A DNA stretch of 64,000 bases. Source: Planctomycetota bacterium (lineage in GTDB: Bacteria; Planctomycetota; B15-G4; SIAN01). The position numbers and the translations under genes are program-made. The stretch lies in assembly GCA_031409275.1 (NCBI GenBank), contig JANNXA010000022.1, forward strand, positions 192,001 through 256,000. The letters are read 5' to 3'. This document shows, piece after piece, positions 1 to 7,451 of this stretch. Every line of letters starts with the position of its first letter. Position 1 is the stretch's first letter. The notes below the pieces were generated by a model. It saw only the letters and a list, made by a program, of their open reading frames with translations. It did not search any database and had not been told where the DNA came from.

Positions 1-1
1 G

Positions 2-958
2 GCGACCGGCGGGAGCTACGTCGCGGCGAGGGAAACGGACGCGCCGCTCGACGCCATCGTCTCGAAGATCCGCCGTTCGTCGCCACCGCGGTTCGACGCC
101 TCGGCGGCTGCGGTGCGGCCGCTGTTCCAGTGGTTGCTGGTCGCCGCGCTGCTGCTCGGGACGATCGACGAAGCGGCGAAGAGGATGCGCCGCAAGCGGG
201 CCGTGGCCGTTGGCCGAGCGGGATCCTATCTGGTCGCGCTGATCGCGCTGGTGACGAGTTCGATGGTGGCATGCGCGCCGCAGCAACGCGTGACCTCGCT
301 GCCCGGTGACGATCTCGCGACCGCGGCCAGCGAGTGGCGTGCGGCGCTCGCGGCCGAGGTGGCGGGAGATGCCGAGGCCGCCGCGTCTCACGCGGAACTC
401 GCCGCGATGCGTGGCGCAGCGGTCTACCGCGACGACGCGCGTTTCCTGATCGCCGCGCTCGACTTCCGGCGCGGCGAAGCGCTTTCGAGACGGGCGTTGG
501 CGCCTCATCACGATCTCGAAGCGGCCCGCGCCGGCCGCGAGGCGTTGGTCGCCGCGCTCGCCGACTTCGCCGCGTTGGCCGCCACCGATTCCGAGGTGGC
601 GCGCCGCAACGTCGAGCGTTGCCTGCTGCGCATCGAGGCGCTCGACCGCCTGCTGGTGCCGCCGGTCGAACCGCCGCTGGTCGACGAGACGCGTCGCCTC
701 GCTGCGCCGGTGGCTCTGGACTCCACCACTGCCCTCGATCCGACCGCACCGCCCGACGAGCCGAGCGCCGAGCTCGCCGCCGATGAGATCGTCGATCCGG
801 TCGAGCCGCCATCGCCATTGCCGCCGCAACTCGCCGAGCTCGATCCGGTCGCGTTGGCGCAGTTGTTCGAGCGGCTGGCGGAGAAGGAGGCGGCGAAGCG
901 CGCCGCGCGCTCGGAACAGCGCGCACGCCAGAACGCCGACGTGGAGCGCGACTGGTGA
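2..958 (+). CDS. BatB/BatC-like protein (vWA C-terminus, TM segment, TPR-like region), 5' truncated by window edge
   Basis: Frame is open from base 2 (ATGGSY..., the vWA-end motif). It has FQWLLVAALLL like BatB and ends in ...DVERDW like the BatC VEKDW tail. GTGA overlap with the downstream BatD-like gene. Confidence 0.65.
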   Translation, partial: ATGGSYVAARETDAPLDAIVSKIRRSSPPRFDASAAAVRPLFQWLLVAALLLGTIDEAAKRMRRKRAVAVGRAGSYLVALIALVTSSMVACAPQQRVTSLPGDDLATAASEWRAALAAEVAGDAEAAASHAELAAMRGAAVYRDDARFLIAALDFRRGEALSRRALAPHHDLEAARAGREALVAALADFAALAATDSEVARRNVERCLLRIEALDRLLVPPVEPPLVDETRRLAAPVALDSTTALDPTAPPDEPSAELAADEIVDPVEPPSPLPPQLAELDPVALAQLFERLAEKEAAKRAARSEQRARQNADVERDW

Positions 959-2508
959 CCCTGCTCTCGCTGCTCCTGGGGTGCGTGCTCTTCGCGGTCG
1001 ACGACGAAGTACCGCTCGCGGCGCGCTTCGTCGTCGCCCGCGAAGTGGCTTTCGTCGGCGAACCGATCGAGGTGAGCCTGCGCCTCGAATGGGATGAGCG
1101 CTGGTTTGCAGCGCGCGCGCTTCAGCCATTCCTGCAGCCGCTCGACTTGCCGCTCGAAGCGGAGGTGGCGGCGTTGAGCATTCGCCCTGACGCGTTGGCG
1201 CGGCCGGGACGCTGGCGCACCGCGTCTTCGAAAGCCGCGTCGTCCTCTCGAACGCTCGTCATGAACGGCGAACGGATCGCCGTCGAGCTGGCCGGCGCGC
1301 CCGACGCGGAAGGCCGCGTTGCGGTCGAGCTGGCGCGCACCTTCCTGCCCACGCAGGCGGGACGCTTCGTTCTTCCCGCAGCGACGCTGCGTTTCGCCAC
1401 TGCGTCGCGCTTCGACGTCGACCTGCTTGGGAGTCGGATCGCGCTCGACCGGCAAGAGCGGACGCTCGTCGTCGATGCGCGCGTGATCGAGGTGATCGAG
1501 CCTCCGGCGGAAGGCCGCCCCGCCGCCTTCGCCGGCGCGATCGGGCGCTTCCGCGTGACGGCGAGCGCGACGTCGCTCGACGTCGAGGCCGGTGCGACCC
1601 TGCGCTGCACGGTTCGCGTCGAGGGCGAAGGCAATTTCGAGCGGATCGCCGCCCCGCGCTTCGAGGCGACGGGATTCGCGTTGCTGGGCACGCTGGCGCG
1701 TGTGAGCGAGAGCGGCGTCGAGTTCCACTACGACGTTGCCGCGGCGCAGCCCGGCGCGTGGCGCTTGCCCGCGTTCGAGCTCGTCGCGCTCGATCCAGGA
1801 CCGCCGGCGACCTACGTCGAGCTCGCGACCGACGCGATTCCGGTGACGGTGCGCGCCACCGCTGCAAGCGAGGCGGCCGCTGCCGCCGCGACCGAAGCCG
1901 CGAAGCTCCGGGACCAGGCGCGCGCAGAGCTCGCGCTGCTCGCTCCGTTGCGCGCCGTCGAGCGCGGCGAGGGGCTCTACTCGAGCGTCGTTGAGCGGAC
2001 CGATCTTGGCTTGCGTGCATGCCGCGACGGCGACTTCGCCGCGGCCGAGCAGTGGTTCCGTGCCGCGCTCGCCGAAGCGGACACGGCGGCGCCGGCGCTG
2101 CGCTTCAATCTCGGCCACGCCCGCTTCGCGCGCGGCGACGTGGTCGGCGCGCTGTGCGAGTGGCTGCAGGCGGCGCCAGCGTTGGCCGGCGACTCCGGAC
2201 TCGACGCGAACGTGGCATTGGCCGCCGCGCGACTCGATCTGCCGGCGCCGACGCGCGAGCGATTGGCGGCGCGAGTACGCGACGGCGGCGTCGGCCGCGG
2301 CAGTCAGGCGCTCGTGGTGACGCCAACGGCGCTGCTCGCGGAGCCGACGGCGAAAGCGGCGACCGCCGCGCAAGGCAACTTGCTGCCCCCCGGCACGCTG
2401 CTCACGCTGCTGGCACAGGGGGTGCGCTACGTCGAGGTGAGTGACGGTGCCGCGCGCGGCTTCGTCCCGCGCGCGGCCATCACGCTGCTCGATCCCTCTC
2501 GCGAGTGA
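955..2508 (+). CDS. BatD-like protein with C-terminal TPR and SH3-like (BatE-like) region
   Basis: Signal peptide; PPAEGRPAAFAGAIGRF and VEGEGN motifs typical of BatD; FNLGHA TPR; C-terminal G..GFVP SH3b-like end. Confidence 0.7.
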   Translation: MTLLSLLLGCVLFAVDDEVPLAARFVVAREVAFVGEPIEVSLRLEWDERWFAARALQPFLQPLDLPLEAEVAALSIRPDALARPGRWRTASSKAASSSRTLVMNGERIAVELAGAPDAEGRVAVELARTFLPTQAGRFVLPAATLRFATASRFDVDLLGSRIALDRQERTLVVDARVIEVIEPPAEGRPAAFAGAIGRFRVTASATSLDVEAGATLRCTVRVEGEGNFERIAAPRFEATGFALLGTLARVSESGVEFHYDVAAAQPGAWRLPAFELVALDPGPPATYVELATDAIPVTVRATAASEAAAAAATEAAKLRDQARAELALLAPLRAVERGEGLYSSVVERTDLGLRACRDGDFAAAEQWFRAALAEADTAAPALRFNLGHARFARGDVVGALCEWLQAAPALAGDSGLDANVALAAARLDLPAPTRERLAARVRDGGVGRGSQALVVTPTALLAEPTAKAATAAQGNLLPPGTLLTLLAQGVRYVEVSDGAARGFVPRAAITLLDPSRE

Positions 2509-2523
2509 CGCGAACGCGGCGGC

Positions 2524-3402
2524 TCACACGTCGCAGAGGTCGATCGCCTCGCGCAGCGAGGTCATCGCATCGCGGCGCGGGATGAACTCCTGCCCCATCC
2601 AACCCTTGAAGCCCGTCTCGACGATGGCGCGGCAGATCGCCGGGTAGTGGAGCTCCTGGGTGTCGTCGATCTCATTGCGTCCCGGCACGCCGGCGGTGTG
2701 GTAGTGGCCGATCGAGGCGTGGTGGTCCTTGATGGTGTGGATCACGTCGCCTTCCATGATCTGCGCGTGATAGATGTCGTAGAGGATCTTCATGCGATCG
2801 CTGCCGACGCCCTGCACGATGTCGAGCCCGTAGCGCATGCGATCGAAGGCGTAGTCGCCGTGGTCGACTTTGCTGTTCAGGATCTCCATCACCAGCGTCA
2901 CGCCGTGCTTCTCGGCGAGCGGCGCGACGCGGCGCAGGCCGGCAATGCAGTTGGCGATCCCTTCGGAGTCGGGCTGCCCGCGCTTGTTGCCCGAGAAGAT
3001 CACGATCGACGGGACGCCCGCCTCGGCGCACTTGGGGATCAGCGACTCGGACTGCGCGACCAGCTCGTCGTGCTTCTCTTTGCGGTTCCACGCATCGCCG
3101 ATCGAACCGATCCCGATGGCCACCGCGCAGGTCAGGCCGTGCTTCTTCACCGTCGCCCAATCGTCGGGGCCGAGGATCTCGACCGAGCCGATGCCCATCG
3201 CGGCGGAGTTTCGCGCCAGCTCGTCGAGTTCCATCCCGCCGAAGCACCAGCGCGCCACCGAGTGGTGCAAGCGGTTGCGGCGCGCGGTGGGCGGCGTCGC
3301 CGTATTCACCATGTCCTGCGCGCGGGCGCGCGGCGTCAGCAGATTCGAAGAGGCGAGCGCGAGCGAGGCGCTCGAAAGCTTGAGGAAGTCACGGCGATCC
3401 AT
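2524..3402 (-). CDS. Hydroxypyruvate isomerase / xylose-isomerase-like TIM barrel protein with Tat signal
   Basis: MDRRDFLK twin-arginine leader; EILNSKVDH, LYDIYHAQIMEGD and HYHTAGVPGRNEID motifs; AAGGAG RBS upstream of ATG 3402. Confidence 0.9.
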   Translation of the reverse strand: MDRRDFLKLSSASLALASSNLLTPRARAQDMVNTATPPTARRNRLHHSVARWCFGGMELDELARNSAAMGIGSVEILGPDDWATVKKHGLTCAVAIGIGSIGDAWNRKEKHDELVAQSESLIPKCAEAGVPSIVIFSGNKRGQPDSEGIANCIAGLRRVAPLAEKHGVTLVMEILNSKVDHGDYAFDRMRYGLDIVQGVGSDRMKILYDIYHAQIMEGDVIHTIKDHHASIGHYHTAGVPGRNEIDDTQELHYPAICRAIVETGFKGWMGQEFIPRRDAMTSLREAIDLCDV

Positions 3403-3493
3403 GGCGTCTCCTTGACGGGCCGAAGGTCGGCGAAGGAGGCGCATCGTAGTGCCGCCGCGACGAGGACGCGATGCGCCTCGTCGCGCGGCGCCG

Positions 3494-3958
3494 TCACTTC
3501 TTCTTGGGCGGGACCGGCTTGGGGCCGAAGCGCGGGTTGCCGGCCGCCAGCGCGGTCGGAACGGCGATGGACGCGGAGACCTGGTGGAACTCGCTGTCGG
3601 TCGCGGTCACCTTCAGGCTGGTCGCGTTCCCAGGCATCTTCGTGAAGCAGAGCTGCTTGCCGTTGGTCACGTCGCTGGACGACAGCCCCTTCTTGCCGAC
3701 CAGCCAGAGGGTGATCTGGAGCGGGTTCTTGAAGATGACGTTGCCATCGACGGTGTACTCGTAGGAGTACCCGAGCAGGTCGGCCGCGCCGTCGGGATCG
3801 ACGATGTTGAAGCAGAGCGCCGGCTTCCCGTTCACCGTCGTCGAAGAGGCGGTCACCGTCGGCGGGGAGTTCGGGGTGTCGTCATCGCCGCGCGCGGCAG
3901 CTCCGAGCGAGAGCAGCCCCAGGGTGGTCACGGCGGAGAGGATCTTCTTGCCAGTCAT
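3494..3958 (-). CDS. Small secreted Ig-like/beta-rich hypothetical protein with basic C-terminal tail
   Basis: MTGKKILSAVTTLGLLSLGAAARG signal peptide; NSPPTV...DPDG and VTATD motifs; GC3-rich codons. The real start lies within the longer 3494..5155 ORF. Confidence 0.75.
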   Translation of the reverse strand: MTGKKILSAVTTLGLLSLGAAARGDDDTPNSPPTVTASSTTVNGKPALCFNIVDPDGAADLLGYSYEYTVDGNVIFKNPLQITLWLVGKKGLSSSDVTNGKQLCFTKMPGNATSLKVTATDSEFHQVSASIAVPTALAAGNPRFGPKPVPPKKK

Positions 3959-4092
3959 GGCGGTTTCCCTTGCCCGAGGACGGTTTCGTGTCACCCGCAA
4001 GCGCGGGCAAGGGATTGCATCGGAACGAGAGCGGCTCACTTGAAGCGCGCGCTGGACGAATTCAGTCGGTCGCTTTTTTCCGCAGCCGCGGA

Positions 4093-4524
4093 TCAGCCGC
4101 TCGCCTTCGCGCAGTGGCGGTCGAAGGCGGCGATCAGGTTGCGCGCGACGTCCTGCGGGCCGCGCCCCTCGATCTCCTGGCGCGCCACGTAGTGAACCAC
4201 CTTGCCGTCTTTCAGCAGCGCCATCGAGGGCGAGCTCGGCGGCAACGGCTTGAAGTGGTCGCGGGCGCGCGCGGTGGCCTCGGCGTCCTGGCCCGCGAAG
4301 ACAGTCGTGATCGCATCGGGGAGCGTCGAGTGGCTCAGCGCGAGCGCGATGCCGGGGCGAGCCGTGCCGCCGGCGCAGCCGCACACCGAGTTCACGATGA
4401 GGAGCGTCGTCCCGGGTCGCTTGACCGCGGCGTCGACCTCGGCTGCGCTGCGCAGCTCCTTCACTCCAAGACGGGTCAGCTCGGCGCGCAAAGGCGCCAC
4501 GAGCGCTTCTTCGTACATCGGCAT
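4093..4524 (-). CDS. BrxA/BrxB family bacilliredoxin (YphP/YqiW)
   Basis: VNSVCGCAGGTARPG (CGC motif), TVFAGQD.EAT..AR, PPSSPSMAL.KDG and R..IEGR. Confidence 0.92.
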   Translation of the reverse strand: MPMYEEALVAPLRAELTRLGVKELRSAAEVDAAVKRPGTTLLIVNSVCGCAGGTARPGIALALSHSTLPDAITTVFAGQDAEATARARDHFKPLPPSSPSMALLKDGKVVHYVARQEIEGRGPQDVARNLIAAFDRHCAKASG

Positions 4525-4560
4525 GGTCAAAAAGTCCTCGCGCGGCGGGCCAACGTCGGC

Positions 4561-6237
4561 TCACGGTTGCGCGAGGCGATGGTAGCGACCGCCTGGCAGC
4601 GGACCGTGGTGGGTCGTGCGACCGTCGGGCCAGCGCACGGTCACCTGCTCGGCCGCGCCCGCGTCGCGCAGCGCGAAGAGCAGGCGCGTGTCGTGGAAAG
4701 CGCCGTAGCTCGAAGTGCCTCGAACCTCCTCGACCTCGCGATGGCCCGCCGCTTCGACGGTGATGCGCGCCCCGATCGCCTGGCGGTTGCTGCCACGGCC
4801 GGCGAGTTCGAGGCCGATCCAGGCCGGGCCGTCGGCGCCGACGCGCGTCCGGTTCTCGAGCAGCGCCGGGCCGCGCTCCCAATGGGCGACCACGGCGTCG
4901 AGGTCGCCGTCGTTGTCGAGGTCCCCCACGGCGAGCCCGCGTCCGACGTAGCGCCCGGCGAAGTAGTCGCCGGCGACGTCGTTGCGCGGCGCGAATCGGC
5001 CGCCGCCCTCGTTTCGGTAGTAGTGCGGTGGCTGACGAAACGTCTGCGCCGGTTCGAGCAGGTGGATGTTGTCGCAGACGTGACCGTTGGCGATCAGGAC
5101 GTCCGGGTCGCCATCGAGATCGGCATCGAAGAACTCGCAGCCGAACCCGACCCATAGGAACGAAGGCGGGCCGAGCCCGCTCGACTCGCTGCGATCCTCG
5201 AAGGTGCCGTCGCCGAGGTTGCGATAGAGGGTGTTCTGCTCGAAGTCGAGGTTGGTGACCAGCAGGTCGAAGTCGCCGTCAGCATCGACGTCGCCGAAGT
5301 CGCAGCCCATCGCCGCCGTGGAAAGCCCCGAGCGATCGACGGCGACGAACGCCTCGGCCGCGACGTCGCGGAAGCGTCCGGCCCCGTCGTTGCGCCACAG
5401 GAAGTTGGGCGTCGAGTCGTTCGCGACGAACCAGTCGACATCGCCATCGCCGTCGTAGTCGCAGAGCACGCTGCCGAGTCCAGCGCCGCCGCACCCAGCG
5501 ATGCCGGCCTGCGCGCTGATGTCGACGAGGCGGCCGTCGTCGTTTCGATAGAGGACGTCATCGGCGGGCGGGAACTCGTCGGGGTGGCAGAAGCTGCGGT
5601 ACTCCTCGCCGCGATCGAGCGGACCGCAGCCGCGGTGGTCGTAGTCCTCATGGACATAGTTCACGACGTAGAGGTCGAGGTCGCGGTCGCCATCGAAGTC
5701 GAGGAAGGTCGCCGCGGTCGACCAGGCGCCGCTAGCGCCGCCCCACTGCGCGGTCGCATCGACGAAGCGGCCGCCGTCGTTGCGCAGGAAGCGATTGGCT
5801 CCGACGTTGCACAAGTAGAGGTCGGGGTCGCCGTCGCCGTCGAAATCGGGACAGGCCGCCGCGTAGGTGTAGCCGTCGAGCCCGATCCCCCCATCGGAGA
5901 CCCCGCTCGCGTCGGTGACGTCGCTGAAGCGCCAGAAACCGTCGTTGCGGAAGAGGCGATCGCGGAAGTCGCTGTCGCCGCGGTAGCCAGGTAGCGCCGC
6001 TCCCTGCGGCAGGAAGAGATCGAGGTCGCCGTCGCTGTCGTAGTCGAGGAGCGCGACGCCGCCGCCGGTGATCTCCGTGAGGTGCTTCTTGCCGCTGCCG
6101 CCCCACTGCGGAACGAAGTCGACCGCGCCGAGATGCTCGACGAAGAGCGGCGGCTTCGATGCGCTCGGCGCCGGCGCGTCGCCGCAACGAGCGGCGACGA
6201 GCAGCACGACCGCGAGGCGCCTCAAGAGCCGCTCCAC
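4561..6237 (-). CDS. CRTAC1/ASPIC-UnbV family FG-GAP repeat protein
   Basis: Repeated D.D.DGD.DL motifs; GRGLAVGDLDNDGDLD; C-terminal SNRQAIGARITV...VRWPDG. GTG start inferred. Confidence 0.88.
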   Translation of the reverse strand: MERLLRRLAVVLLVAARCGDAPAPSASKPPLFVEHLGAVDFVPQWGGSGKKHLTEITGGGVALLDYDSDGDLDLFLPQGAALPGYRGDSDFRDRLFRNDGFWRFSDVTDASGVSDGGIGLDGYTYAAACPDFDGDGDPDLYLCNVGANRFLRNDGGRFVDATAQWGGASGAWSTAATFLDFDGDRDLDLYVVNYVHEDYDHRGCGPLDRGEEYRSFCHPDEFPPADDVLYRNDDGRLVDISAQAGIAGCGGAGLGSVLCDYDGDGDVDWFVANDSTPNFLWRNDGAGRFRDVAAEAFVAVDRSGLSTAAMGCDFGDVDADGDFDLLVTNLDFEQNTLYRNLGDGTFEDRSESSGLGPPSFLWVGFGCEFFDADLDGDPDVLIANGHVCDNIHLLEPAQTFRQPPHYYRNEGGGRFAPRNDVAGDYFAGRYVGRGLAVGDLDNDGDLDAVVAHWERGPALLENRTRVGADGPAWIGLELAGRGSNRQAIGARITVEAAGHREVEEVRGTSSYGAFHDTRLLFALRDAGAAEQVTVRWPDGRTTHHGPLPGGRYHRLAQP

Positions 6238-7451
6238 GCGGCGAGTTGCGCCGCGAAGGCCGAGTCGTCGACTTCCGGGTGCGCGCGCTGCCAGTCGTTG
6301 AGGACGACGCGCAGGAACTGCTCCTTCGCCGCGGGCGAGGACCAGCGGATCGCATCGATGGCGCGCTTGGAGGCGGGGAGATCGCCGAGGCCGGCGCACG
6401 CACGCGCTTCGAGCGGAAGCACGACCGACGGCGCCGCGGCGGCCGCGGCCAGCGCTCGGATCCGCTCGAGCGCTTCGTGGAACTGCGCCTGATCCAGCAG
6501 GAGTCGGGCGAGCCGCTCCAATCCGCCAAGGTACTCGGGCCACGCAACGACCAGCTCACGGCGCAGCGCGAGCGTCCTCTCCACGTCGACGCGATGTCGC
6601 TGCGACGTGTGATCCTTCAGCGCGCGCAGCAGCTCATGGCGACGCCGCTCGCGAGCGGCTCGATCGACGTCGCCGTCACGGGTCGCGAGCTGCGCCGCGA
6701 GCAGGTGCGCGCGCGGCTCTTCGGGGTCGAGCGTCAGCGCTTCCGCAACGGCGGCTTCGGCCGCGGAAAAGTCGCTCGCCTCGAGCAGGAGTTCGCCGCG
6801 CGACAGAAGGAAGTTGGCGCGCGTCCCTGGCGGCAGACCGGCGACGGCGAGCGCCTTCGCGTAGCCCTCCAGCGCTTCACCGCGCTTCCCGTTGGACGCC
6901 GCGATGGCGGCAAGCGCTGCGACCGCGAGCGTTCCGCGGCCCGGTTCCGCGCGAACCTGCGGCGCCGCGAGCGCCTCGCGCAACAGCGCCTCCGCCCGCG
7001 CAAGATCGCCAAGTTCGCGTCGAGCGATTCCCTCGCCGCAGGCGGCCATCGGGTCATGCGGATCGACCAGGCGAGCCAGCCGAAACTGCTGCACCGCCGC
7101 GCCGAAACTGCCGCGGCCGTGTCCTTCGAGCAGCAGGAAGCCATGGTCGAGGAGCGCGGGAAGGCAGGCCGGGTCGGCCACGAGCGCCGCTTCAAACAGG
7201 CGGGCCGCCTCGACCACGTCGTCTCGTTGCAGTGCCGCGAGCCCTTGCTGATGCAGCGCGCGCGCCGCCGCCGCGTCGCCCGATCGCGGCGGTGCGAGCG
7301 GCGCATCGAGGATGCTCTCCTCGGTGCGTTCGATGCCAGGCGGTTTCGGTGCGTCAATCGCCGCGTGGTCGCAGGCGATGGCCGCGAGCGGCAGCCACAG
7401 CGCCGCGCCACCAAGCGATCGCCGCCGCCTGGCGCCGCGATTCCAAGTCAC
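6222..7451 (-). CDS. Tetratricopeptide repeat (lipo)protein
   Basis: Ala/Leu-rich helical repeats (ALVADP, ALTLDPEEPRAHLLAAQL); LAAIAC lipobox-like; GTGA overlap with the upstream gene stop. Confidence 0.75.
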   Translation of the reverse strand: MTWNRGARRRRSLGGAALWLPLAAIACDHAAIDAPKPPGIERTEESILDAPLAPPRSGDAAAARALHQQGLAALQRDDVVEAARLFEAALVADPACLPALLDHGFLLLEGHGRGSFGAAVQQFRLARLVDPHDPMAACGEGIARRELGDLARAEALLREALAAPQVRAEPGRGTLAVAALAAIAASNGKRGEALEGYAKALAVAGLPPGTRANFLLSRGELLLEASDFSAAEAAVAEALTLDPEEPRAHLLAAQLATRDGDVDRAARERRRHELLRALKDHTSQRHRVDVERTLALRRELVVAWPEYLGGLERLARLLLDQAQFHEALERIRALAAAAAAPSVVLPLEARACAGLGDLPASKRAIDAIRWSSPAAKEQFLRVVLNDWQRAHPEVDDSAFAAQLAAWSGS

